Part shown: in pieces, positions 55,519-64,000 of the stretch
Layout of the letters: each line of letters starts with the position of its first letter
Numbering within the stretch: the first letter of the stretch is position 1
Assembly (NCBI GenBank): GCA_045536235.1
Contig: JAZSND010000036.1
Span: 18,890 to 82,889, forward strand
From: Acutalibacteraceae bacterium
GTDB taxonomy: Bacteria > Bacillota > Clostridia > Oscillospirales > Acutalibacteraceae
Length of the DNA stretch: 64,000 nt
Direction of reading: 5' to 3'
Program-made: the position numbers and the translations under genes
Notes under the pieces: model-generated
What the model saw: only the letters and a program-made list of their open reading frames with translations
Told to the model about the DNA's origin: nothing
Databases searched by the model: none

Positions 55519-58500
55519 TTATTTATAGTATGCAACACCGGATTCAAATATCTTCTGATCCTTTTCAAACGGTACGTTCTTGTAGAGGTTTTCGCCCTTA
55601 CGCTCGCTGTGAGCCATCTTGCCGAGGACTCTGCCGTCGGGGCTTGTGATACCTTCGATTGCAAGGACTGAGCCGTTGGGGTTGAAGGGCAGAGCATCTG
55701 CAACCTTGCCGTTTGTATCAACATACTGTGTAGCAATCTGTCCGTTTGCAATAAGCTGTGCGATGTGCTTTTCGTCTGCAACAAAACGGCCTTCACCGTG
55801 TGAAACGGGAACTGCGTGAATATCGCCTGCCTCGCAAAGTGAGAACCACGGTGACTTGACTGAGGTTACACGTGTGTATGCCATGTGGGAGATATGTCTG
55901 CCGATTGTGTTGAAGGTAAGTGTCGGTGCGTCTTCCTTGGTATCAACAATCTTGCCATAGGGAACAAGACCTGTTTTGATAAGTGCCTGGAAGCCGTTGC
56001 AGATACCGAGCATAAGACCGTCACGCTGTTCAAGCAGGGCTGTTACAGCCTCCTTGACTCTCGGGTTCTTGAGTGCGGTTGCAATGAATTTGCCGGATCC
56101 GTCGGGCTCGTCACCGCCGCTGAAGCCGCCGGGCAGCATGATAATCTGTGAAGCGTTGATTGCCTTGACAAAGGCTTCCATGCTCTCTTCAATGTCTGCC
56201 GGTGTGAGGTTTTTGATAACAAGTATTTCAGCTTCTGCGCCTGCGTTTTCAAATGCACGTGCAGAATCGAATTCACAGTTTGTGCCGGGGAATACGGGGA
56301 TAATTACTCTGGGCTTTGCAACCTTGATTGCAGGAGCAGCTGTATTACGCTCTGTGTAGAGCTCAACAGCGTCGCCGCCTGTCGGGCAGGCTGCATCGGT
56401 TGCGAATACACCTTCGAGCTTACCTGTCCATGCTGCGATAAGGTCCTGAGTAGAAATCTTTTCGCCGCAGACTGTGAACACAGCATCGCTCTTTGTTGTG
56501 CCGAGGAGCTTGCCGCCAACGGGGCTTTCACCCTCGCACTCGATTACGAATGAACCGACGAGCGGAGCATACATCTCGCGTTTTGTGATGCCGCCGGCAA
56601 ATTCAAAGCCAAAGAGGTTGCCGAATGCCATCTTACATACATTTGCAGCAGCGCCGCCTTCTTTAACTACGGTTGCGCTGAGAATTTTGCCTGTGCTTAC
56701 GTTTTCGTATACAGCAGAGATAAGTGCCTTCGCCTCATCCCATTCGGGGAGGAGAGTTTCCTTATTTACGGGCAGCTCAACGAGGTATACGTTGCTGTCT
56801 GCATTCTTGAATTCTGCGGAGGAAACCTTGCTTGCCTTAGCCATTGTAACGGCAAAGGAAACAAGTGTCGGCGGAACATCAAGGTCGTTGAATGAGCCGG
56901 ACATACTGTCCTTACCGCCGATTGAGGGGATACGGTATTTCAGCTGTGCCGTAAGTGCGCCGAGAAGGGCAGCTGCGGGCTTGCCCCAACGCTCAGGAAC
57001 AGCGTTAAGTCTTTCAAAATATTCCTGGAATGTAAGTCTTGCCTTGAACGGGTCTGCGCCGATAACAGCAAGTTTTGCAAGGGATTCCGTTACGGAATAT
57101 GCTGCTGCGTGGAACGGGCTCCAGCGGCTGAGTGCAGGGATGAAGCCGTAGCTCATTGCGGTTGCAGAGTCAGTCTTTCCGCCGGGTACGGGAACCTTAG
57201 CGCACATTGCTTCTTCGGGTGTGAGCTGAGTTTTGCCGGAGAAGGGCATGTTGACTGTTGCAGCGCCGATGGATGCGTCGAAGCGCTCTGCAAGACCGAT
57301 CTGTGAGCAGACCTCAAGGCGTGAAAGGTTAGCCTCGAGTGCCTCCGCACCGTCTTTGTCGGAAAGAACAGCCGGAACAAGCTCACGGTAGTTGTTTGCT
57401 GCCCTGGGAGCTGTGATTTTAGCCTGTGCTTTCTGTGTAACACCGTTTGTGTTGAGGAAGTCACGGCTGATATTTACGATATTGTCGCCGCGCCAGTACA
57501 TGACAAGTCTTGCTTCCTCAGTAACCTTTGCAACTACTGTTGCCTCAAGGTTTTCGGTAGCTGCAAGTGAAACGAACTTGTCAACATCTGCTGCGTCAAG
57601 CACAACTGCCATGCGCTCCTGAGATTCGGAAATAGCAAGCTCTGTGCCGTCAAGACCGTCGTACTTCTTTGTAACTTTATCAAGTTCGATTTTAAGACCG
57701 TCTGCAAGCTCACCGATAGCAACGCAAACGCCGCCTGCACCGAAGTCGTTGCAACGGCGGATAAGCTTTGCAGCCTCGGGGTTGCGGAAAAGGCGCTGCA
57801 GCTTACGCTCTGTGGGGGGATTACCCTTCTGAACTTCTGCGCCGCAGGTTTCGATTGATTCTGTGTTGTGAGCTTTTGAAGAACCGGTTGCGCCGCCGCA
57901 GCCGTCACGGCCTGTTCTGCCGCCAAGAAGCACAATACAGTCACCGGGAGCAGGAGTTTCACGCTTTACATTCTCCTTGGGAGATGCGCCGACAACTGCG
58001 CCGATTTCCATTCTTTTTGCCTTGTAGCCCTCGTCGTAAAGCTCTACGACCTGACCTGTTGCAAGACCGATCTGGTTACCGTATGATGAATAGCCTGCTG
58101 CTGCGCCGATAGTGATTTTGCGCTGGGGCAGCTTGCCTTCGAGTGTATCTTCAAATGCTGCTGTGGGGTCGCCGCTGCCGGTAACACGCATAGCCTGGTA
58201 AACATATGCTCTGCCTGAAAGCGGATCACGGATTGCACCGCCAAGGCAGGTTGCAGCACCGCCGAAAGGTTCGATTTCAGTCGGGTGGTTGTGGGTTTCG
58301 TTCTTGAACTGGATGAGCCACTGCTCGTCCTTACCGTCTACATCAACGGTAACTTCAATTGAACAGGCGTTGATTTCTTCACTCTCATCAAGGTCGCCCA
58401 GCTCGCCTGCTTTTTTGATTGATTTTGCGCCGATGGTACCCATATCCATGAGTGTGATGTCCTTAGCCTTGCGGCCTGCGTAAACATCCTCACGTACCTT

Positions 58501-59271
58501 GAGGTATTCGTTCCATGCAGCTTCGATAACCGGACCTAAACCGTCCTGTTCGAACTCAACATTCTCAAGCTTTGTGAGGAAGGTTGTGTGGCGGCAGTGG
58601 TCTGACCAGTATGTATCAATAACACGAAGCTCCGTAACGCTCGGGTCACGGTTTTCGTCATTCTTAAAATAATCACGGCAGAAGCAAAGGTCAGCCGCAG
58701 TCATGGCAAAGCCCATGGACTTGTGGTAGGCTGCAACCTCGTCATCGCTCCATGTGATAAAGCCTTCGATGCGCTTGATATCAGCCGGTACATCGGCAAC
58801 AATATTAAGGTCTTCAGGCTTATCCATTGAAGCCTCACGGGATTCAACGGGGTTGATGAGGTAGGACTTGATTGCGTTATATTCTTCGTCAGTCAGCTCG
58901 CCCTCGAAAATATAAACCTTTGCGCTGGCAACTGCAGGCTGCTCACCGCAGGTAAGCAAAGCGATACACTGTGCTGCAGAGTCTGCACGCTGATCGTACT
59001 GACCGGGCAGATATTCGCTTGCAAGCACACGGCAGCCCTCGGGAATAACGAGTTCGGAGCAGATTGTATCTGCATTGGGCTCAGAGAGAACTGCACTGCA
59101 GGCTCTTTCAAATTCCTGCTCAGTCAGACCCTGAACGTCGTAACGGTTTATAAGGCGTACGCCGTCAAGGGAGGAGATACCGAGCGTTGAGCGGATATCC
59201 GCCAGCACGCCGCCTGCCTCAACATCAAAACCTTTTCTTTTTTCAACAAAAATTCTCATAACTTCTTTCAT
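55519..59271 (-). CDS. purL: phosphoribosylformylglycinamidine synthase, single-chain (PurS-PurL-PurQ fused)
   Basis: It is 1250 aa with FGAM synthase motifs (ETHNHPTEIEPFGGAATCLGG) and a C-terminal glutaminase domain (LGICNGFQAL, SHGEGRF). An alternative start is ATG 59259. Confidence 0.95.
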   Translation of the reverse strand: MKEVMRIFVEKRKGFDVEAGGVLADIRSTLGISSLDGVRLINRYDVQGLTEQEFERACSAVLSEPNADTICSELVIPEGCRVLASEYLPGQYDQRADSAAQCIALLTCGEQPAVASAKVYIFEGELTDEEYNAIKSYLINPVESREASMDKPEDLNIVADVPADIKRIEGFITWSDDEVAAYHKSMGFAMTAADLCFCRDYFKNDENRDPSVTELRVIDTYWSDHCRHTTFLTKLENVEFEQDGLGPVIEAAWNEYLKVREDVYAGRKAKDITLMDMGTIGAKSIKKAGELGDLDESEEINACSIEVTVDVDGKDEQWLIQFKNETHNHPTEIEPFGGAATCLGGAIRDPLSGRAYVYQAMRVTGSGDPTAAFEDTLEGKLPQRKITIGAAAGYSSYGNQIGLATGQVVELYDEGYKAKRMEIGAVVGASPKENVKRETPAPGDCIVLLGGRTGRDGCGGATGSSKAHNTESIETCGAEVQKGNPPTERKLQRLFRNPEAAKLIRRCNDFGAGGVCVAIGELADGLKIELDKVTKKYDGLDGTELAISESQERMAVVLDAADVDKFVSLAATENLEATVVAKVTEEARLVMYWRGDNIVNISRDFLNTNGVTQKAQAKITAPRAANNYRELVPAVLSDKDGAEALEANLSRLEVCSQIGLAERFDASIGAATVNMPFSGKTQLTPEEAMCAKVPVPGGKTDSATAMSYGFIPALSRWSPFHAAAYSVTESLAKLAVIGADPFKARLTFQEYFERLNAVPERWGKPAAALLGALTAQLKYRIPSIGGKDSMSGSFNDLDVPPTLVSFAVTMAKASKVSSAEFKNADSNVYLVELPVNKETLLPEWDEAKALISAVYENVSTGKILSATVVKEGGAAANVCKMAFGNLFGFEFAGGITKREMYAPLVGSFVIECEGESPVGGKLLGTTKSDAVFTVCGEKISTQDLIAAWTGKLEGVFATDAACPTGGDAVELYTERNTAAPAIKVAKPRVIIPVFPGTNCEFDSARAFENAGAEAEILVIKNLTPADIEESMEAFVKAINASQIIMLPGGFSGGDEPDGSGKFIATALKNPRVKEAVTALLEQRDGLMLGICNGFQALIKTGLVPYGKIVDTKEDAPTLTFNTIGRHISHMAYTRVTSVKSPWFSLCEAGDIHAVPVSHGEGRFVADEKHIAQLIANGQIATQYVDTNGKVADALPFNPNGSVLAIEGITSPDGRVLGKMAHSERKGENLYKNVPFEKDQKIFESGVAYYK

Positions 59272-59463
59272 TTTCTGTCACCGCACCTGTTCTTTTATAG
59301 TAGTATATTTTGATATAATAAGTGCATTATATATTTAAGTATTATAACACATTAATCCGCAGATATAAAGAGGTATTTTCAGTCAATACGAAATTTTTAT
59401 TAAAAAGAACGGATTGCTTTTTGTGAATTATTACAAAATTACTAAGAATTTCTTCCAAACCTC

Positions 59464-59492
59464 TATACAAAGACGGATTCTTGTGTTATAAT
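59464..59492 (+). promoter_or_regulatory. candidate extended -10 promoter for murA
   Basis: TATACA (59464-59469), 17 nt, then TGTTATAAT with TATAAT at 59487-59492. Confidence 0.4.
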
Positions 59493-59603
59493 CACGAAGT
59501 TAATAGTGTCATTTTGTACCTTTTTACCAAAATTACACTGCCTGTACTTTGTTACAAAGCAAATTTTCAAAACTTACCGGAAGGGAGCTGCCACACGGCT
59601 GTT

Positions 59604-60896
59604 ATGGAAAAAATAGTAATTAACGGCGCAACACCGCTCAAAGGCGAAGTTGAAATCAGCGGTGCCAAAAATGCTGTCGTCGCCATACTCCCGGCAACCA
59701 TTCTTGCACAGGATGTCTGCCGTATCGAGAATATTCCCGATATAAGCGACGTTTCTATGATGGTAAAAATCCTTTCTCAGCTCGGTGCGGAGGTCAAGAT
59801 GATCAACCGCTCCACACTTGAGATTGATACCCGACATATAAATTCATTCATCGTACCCAATGAGCTTACAAAGCACCTTCGTGCATCCTACTACATGCTC
59901 GGTGCGCTGCTCGGCAGATTCAGCATGGCAAAGGTTTCCATGCCCGGCGGCTGCTGGTTCGGCGTACGTCCTATCGACCTGCATCTGCGCGGCTTTGAGC
60001 TGCTCGGCTCCAAGGTTTCAATTGACAACGCAATGGTAAATGTTACAGCGGACAAGCTCGTCGGCTCCGCCATATATATGGATACTGTTTCCGTCGGCGC
60101 AACGGTCAATGTAATGCTCGCTGCCGTTAAGGCAAAGGGCCTTACAATCATCGAAAACGCTGCCCGTGAGCCGCACATTGTTGACCTTGCAAACTTCCTC
60201 AACTCAATGGGTGCCGATGTCAGAGGTGCCGGTACAGACGTTATCAAAATCCGTGGTGTGGACAAGCTTCACGGCTGCACCTACTCCATTATTCCCGACC
60301 AGATTGAGGCGGGCACATACATGGTTGCAGCTGCTGCAACAAAGGGTGACGTGCTTGTTAAAAACGTTATCCCCAAGCACCTTGAATCAATCACAAAAAA
60401 GCTGCTCGACTGCGGTGTAGATGTTGAAGAATTCGATGAAGCTGTACGCGTGCGTTGCACAGAACGCCCGATGAAGTGCAACGTAAAAACAATGCCGCAT
60501 CCCGGTTTTCCGACCGATATGCAGCCGCAGATGACTGTGCTGCTCGCACTTGCAGACGGTACAAGCATTGTTTCCGAAAGCGTATGGGACAACCGTTTCC
60601 GCTATATCGACCAGCTCACACGTATGGGTGCAAACATCAGCGTAGAGGGCAAGGTTGCCATCGTACAGGGTGTTGAAAAGCTCCAGGGCGCACCCGTCGG
60701 TGCAGACGACCTTCGTGCAGGCGCAGCGATGCTTATTGCAGGCTTTGCGGCCGAGGGTGAAACAATAATCGAAAATCTTTCACATATCGACAGAGGTTAC
60801 GAACGCTTTGTCGAAAAATTCTCTGCACTCGGCGGCGATATCAAAAGGGTTGAATTCCCTGACGATGAAGAAACCGAAGCAGAAAACGCAGGTTAA
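59604..60896 (+). CDS. murA: UDP-N-acetylglucosamine 1-carboxyvinyltransferase
   Basis: MEKIVINGATPLKGEVEISGAKNA... is the typical MurA N-terminus. The ORF-track N-terminal extension is unsupported. Confidence 0.94.
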   Translation: MEKIVINGATPLKGEVEISGAKNAVVAILPATILAQDVCRIENIPDISDVSMMVKILSQLGAEVKMINRSTLEIDTRHINSFIVPNELTKHLRASYYMLGALLGRFSMAKVSMPGGCWFGVRPIDLHLRGFELLGSKVSIDNAMVNVTADKLVGSAIYMDTVSVGATVNVMLAAVKAKGLTIIENAAREPHIVDLANFLNSMGADVRGAGTDVIKIRGVDKLHGCTYSIIPDQIEAGTYMVAAAATKGDVLVKNVIPKHLESITKKLLDCGVDVEEFDEAVRVRCTERPMKCNVKTMPHPGFPTDMQPQMTVLLALADGTSIVSESVWDNRFRYIDQLTRMGANISVEGKVAIVQGVEKLQGAPVGADDLRAGAAMLIAGFAAEGETIIENLSHIDRGYERFVEKFSALGGDIKRVEFPDDEETEAENAG

Positions 60897-60899
60897 AAA

Positions 60900-61691
60900 A
60901 TGGCACGTTTCTGTTCACTTTTTTCCTCCAGCAGCGGCAACTGTATATATGTCGGCCAGCCGGAGGGCGGAATATTAATAGACGTCGGCGTCAGCGCTAA
61001 GCGCACCGCCGAAACATTGGATTGCATCGGCGTTGACATTGGCAGCGTCGGCGCAATTTTTGTTACCCATGAGCATTCTGACCACGTTGCAGGTGTGCGT
61101 GTTCTTGCAGGTAAACACAAGATCCCAGTATATTCCAGCGCCGGTACGCTTGAGGCAATGGCGGACAACGGTATCCTCAACGGCAAGTTCCCTGCCGAAG
61201 AGGTAAATCCGCAGGGTATGGAGGTAAACGGTATGTTTATCCGCCCGTTTCATACTCCGCACGACAGCCGGGAAAGCCTCGGCTACACAATTGAAACGGC
61301 AGACGGCAACCGCATTGCAATTGCAACGGATATAGGAACAATCACCGACGAGGTGATGAATAACATTGCCTGCAGCCAGCTGGTCCTGCTTGAAAGTAAC
61401 CACGATGTCCGAATGCTCCAGAACAATCCGAATTATCCCTATATGCTCAAACGCCGTATACTTTCAAACACGGGGCATTTGTCAAACGATATGTGCGCAA
61501 AAACGGCACAGACCCTGGTGGAAAGCGGCACAACGAGGCTGATTTTAGGTCACCTGAGTAAGGAAAACAACATGCCCGAGCTTGCTTATCAGACGACTGC
61601 GGCGGCACTTTCCTCAGTCGGTATGCACGAGGGCAGCGACTACATACTCCGTGTTGCCGGTGTAGGTAACCCGAAAATGACGGTGTTTTAA
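60900..61691 (+). CDS. MBL-fold metallo-hydrolase (YycJ/WalJ-like)
   Basis: It has the HEHSDH motif. It is 263 aa and lies immediately upstream of rlmH, as in many Bacillota. Confidence 0.8.
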   Translation: MARFCSLFSSSSGNCIYVGQPEGGILIDVGVSAKRTAETLDCIGVDIGSVGAIFVTHEHSDHVAGVRVLAGKHKIPVYSSAGTLEAMADNGILNGKFPAEEVNPQGMEVNGMFIRPFHTPHDSRESLGYTIETADGNRIAIATDIGTITDEVMNNIACSQLVLLESNHDVRMLQNNPNYPYMLKRRILSNTGHLSNDMCAKTAQTLVESGTTRLILGHLSKENNMPELAYQTTAAALSSVGMHEGSDYILRVAGVGNPKMTVF

Positions 61692-62171
61692 ATGAACGTA
61701 ACAATTATATGTTTAGGTAAATTGAAGGAAGCTTACCTGCGTGATGCATGTGTAGAATATGTTAAACGACTAGGCGCATTCTGTAAAATAAATATAGTTG
61801 AGCTTAATCCCGTAAAGCTGCCCGACAGTCCGTCACAGGCGCAGATTGATGCAGCACTTGACACCGAAGCCAGGCTGATTACCGAAAAAATCCCCAAGGG
61901 TGCGGCATGCTTTGCAATGTGTATTGAGGGAAAGCAGTATTCTTCTGAAAAATTCAGCAGTCTTTTGCAGACTGCAGGTGTTGAGGGCGGTGCAAATGCC
62001 GTATTCATCATCGGCAGCAGCTTTGGCCTGAGCGGAAAAATAAAGCAGCTGTGCAAATATAAACTCTCCATGTCGGAAATGACCTTTCCGCACCAGCTCG
62101 CCAGAGTAATGCTGCTCGAACAGATTTACAGAGCCTTCCAGATTTCAAGCGGCGGAAAGTACCACAAATAA
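61692..62171 (+). CDS. rlmH: 23S rRNA (pseudouridine1915-N3)-methyltransferase
   Basis: It is a 159-aa SPOUT protein. The N-terminus is ...IICLGKLKE.YL and the C-terminus is ...MTFPHQLARVMLLEQIYRAF. Confidence 0.9.
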   Translation: MNVTIICLGKLKEAYLRDACVEYVKRLGAFCKINIVELNPVKLPDSPSQAQIDAALDTEARLITEKIPKGAACFAMCIEGKQYSSEKFSSLLQTAGVEGGANAVFIIGSSFGLSGKIKQLCKYKLSMSEMTFPHQLARVMLLEQIYRAFQISSGGKYHK

Positions 62172-62650
62172 CAGTTCAGCAGCGTGACGCTGCACCCAAT
62201 GTCGGTGCGAAACGCACTCTATATGCCGCCTATTGAAAAATATCATTAATAATAAAAACACATCAACGGCGGAGATTAAAAAGCGTAAAAGAAATATCAC
62301 TTTAAAAAATGAAAGATGCTGTGAATTTGAACGGAACAGGCTGACGAGCATAAAACTTTACTCCTTTATCTGAGCGAGGGAACCATAGGCGGTAGAGCAA
62401 AATTAAAAGTCAGATTTACTTTTATAGCCGTTATGGCAGCAGAACAAAACAACTTTTTGTTCTGTCTGCCGAGCGGATTTGCTATCGTCAGCCGTCGTGA
62501 AGTGCATATAACCCCAGAAGTTCTTTTGGTTACTTTTGTAACGCATGACAAAAGTAACAATATCTTTACTTTAAAATTCCGCACACTGTGGGGGAATCTT
62601 CCCTTTACACAAGGGAGCCCATTTGCAAACAAATTAAAAGAGCGAAAATC
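62172..62650 (+). repeat. intergenic repeat family, copy D
   Basis: It starts at or just after the rlmH stop codon (TAACAGTTCAGCAGCGTGACGCTGC). The core is colinear with copies A and C. The right boundary is approximate. Confidence 0.9.
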
Positions 62651-62806
62651 GTAATTTGCAGGAACTGCTCAATGCGGTTCTTTTTTATTTGTAAACAAAA
62701 CGCAAATTTTTCTAAAATGTCTTTTATTTTTTAAAGATATATGTTATAATTCCACAAAGTGCTTTATTTTATCATAAAGCAGAAAACTGAAAGGAGTTTT
62801 CAAACT

Positions 62807-63700
62807 ATGAAATCCACAACTCTTAAAATCGTCTCTCTCCTTCTTCTTGTATCCGTATTTCTCGGCGTAACATCCTGCTCATCAATGGGTGGCGGCGAAG
62901 AAGAAGCAACAGAAGCTACAACAGTCGCAAGCGCAACACCGCTCATGACCGAAAAGGCAGAGGTTCTCGCATACTTCAACAACCTTATGGCATCTGTCAA
63001 GTCAGGCAAAGCTGCGCTTAAATATTCCAGCAGCTACGACCCCAATGGCTTTGAATGTGAAAACGCAACTCTCAAGGCTGCTCTCCCCACAATTGTTAAG
63101 CTCATGAAAGACGGCTTCAACGCAGATCTCGGTGCAGAGGTTGCTTACGGCGAGTCTCTTGCAGATATCGTTCCCATCAAAAACGGCGCTGCACTCGCTC
63201 TGACAGAGGCTGATATCGTAGATATTGCTATCAACGCAGATGCTTTCAACAAACTTGCTGAAGAAGAATCCAAGCTTGCAGCAGACAGCGAATACTCAAC
63301 ATCAGAAGCAATCATCGTTGACGAAGATGTACGTAAGATCACAATCACACTTGCAGATGAGCTCGATCCTCAGGCAGGTGCAGGTCTTTTCGGCAGCATC
63401 TACAACATTCCTGACAGAGAAGCTATCGCAGCTGAAATGGCTAAGGCAGCTGATTACATCACATACGACGGTACATACACAGCTAAGTACACAGGCTGCA
63501 CAATCTACATGGAAATCGACAGAACAAACGATAAGGTTATCAAGGTTGAATTCAACCGCAACATCGAGGTTGACGTTACAGTTACAGGTGTCAACACACT
63601 TGAATCTATCGGCACAACTGATCTTCACTTTGTAGTAAACGGTTCTGACGTATACGAGTTTGACTGGAACGAGCCCACAACAGTTGCAGAGGCTGAATAA
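62807..63700 (+). CDS. lipoprotein, hypothetical
   Basis: I moved the start to ATG 62807 because AAAGGAG lies upstream. The lipobox is LGVTSC. I recognise no family. Confidence 0.65.
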   Translation: MKSTTLKIVSLLLLVSVFLGVTSCSSMGGGEEEATEATTVASATPLMTEKAEVLAYFNNLMASVKSGKAALKYSSSYDPNGFECENATLKAALPTIVKLMKDGFNADLGAEVAYGESLADIVPIKNGAALALTEADIVDIAINADAFNKLAEEESKLAADSEYSTSEAIIVDEDVRKITITLADELDPQAGAGLFGSIYNIPDREAIAAEMAKAADYITYDGTYTAKYTGCTIYMEIDRTNDKVIKVEFNRNIEVDVTVTGVNTLESIGTTDLHFVVNGSDVYEFDWNEPTTVAEAE

Positions 63701-63702
63701 TC

Positions 63703-64000
63703 AATGAACATACTCCACGATATTGATCCTTCCCGAATTTCGCCGACAGACTTTGTTGCGGTTATTGAAATTCCGCAGGGCAGCAGAAACAAGTACGAGC
63801 TTGATAAAGATACGGGGCTGATTATGCTTGACCGTATACTTTATACCTCTACTCACTATCCTGCAAACTACGGTTTCATTCCCCACACCTATGCGGATGA
63901 TTTTGACCCTCTGGATGTTCTTGTGCTTTGTGCAGAGCCGATTCACCCGATGACGCTTGTACGCTGCTATCCCATCGGTGTTATCAAAATGCTTGATAAC
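63703..64000 (+). CDS. ppa: inorganic pyrophosphatase, family I (3' end outside the window)
   Basis: MNILHDIDPSRISPTDFVAVIEIPQGSRNKYELDKDTG...YPANYGFIP.T..DD.DPLDVLV is the typical family I PPase N-terminus. The frame is open to the window end. Confidence 0.9.

Noticed and set aside
59272-59400. The region upstream of purL, checked on the minus strand for a purine riboswitch or PurR box.
   Set aside because: I could not recognise a conserved purine-riboswitch core (the three-way junction with its U/C-rich loops). The region is simply AT-rich.
27481-62650. Whether the dispersed repeats could be a CRISPR array or rRNA/tRNA-related sequence.
   Set aside because: The units are 250-610 bp and tens of kb apart, with no short repeat-spacer periodicity. 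There are no cas genes in the window. There is no cloverleaf or rRNA similarity.

Overview
This window looks like a chromosomal segment from a low-GC Gram-positive anaerobe. I infer Bacillota, Clostridia-like, from gene content (glgD, zapA, yaaA, BlaI/BlaR1). It is not a database identification.

Main content, left to right:
- Replication-origin neighbourhood: yaaA, dnaN, a candidate oriC spacer and dnaA on the minus strand. It is followed by a strong promoter driving tRNA-Met and tRNA-Glu.
- A GH3 beta-glucosidase.
- A nine-gene plus-strand operon (9475-22820), the most unusual content. It encodes two unclassifiable polytopic membrane proteins, a divergent Dpm1/GtrB-like GT2, an Fkp-like bifunctional L-fucokinase/GDP-fucose pyrophosphorylase, and four tandem paralogous B12-type (class B) radical SAM enzymes.
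- Housekeeping genes: lipase, U32 peptidase, zapA and a DUF1624 membrane protein. Then a GPH transporter and a glgB-GT4-glgC-glgD-glgA glycogen operon.
- An XRE regulator next to a histidine-phosphatase-like protein, an SDR, a GPH transporter carrying a coiled-coil tail, and a secreted EEP enzyme.
- A BlaI/BlaR1-like pair.
- Further housekeeping genes: an SDR, a lipoprotein, CNNM/TlyC, alr, metY, an apgM-like gene, purL, murA, an MBL hydrolase, rlmH and ppa.

The second notable signal is a modular, hairpin-rich intergenic repeat family. It has seven units at six loci (about 24.2, 27.5, 43.3-43.9, 46.7-47.3 and 62.2-62.6 kb). There is no associated transposase in the window.

I saw no CRISPR array, rRNA, recognisable transposase or prophage, or known defence system.

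All functional calls come from reading motifs in the supplied translations. No database search was run.
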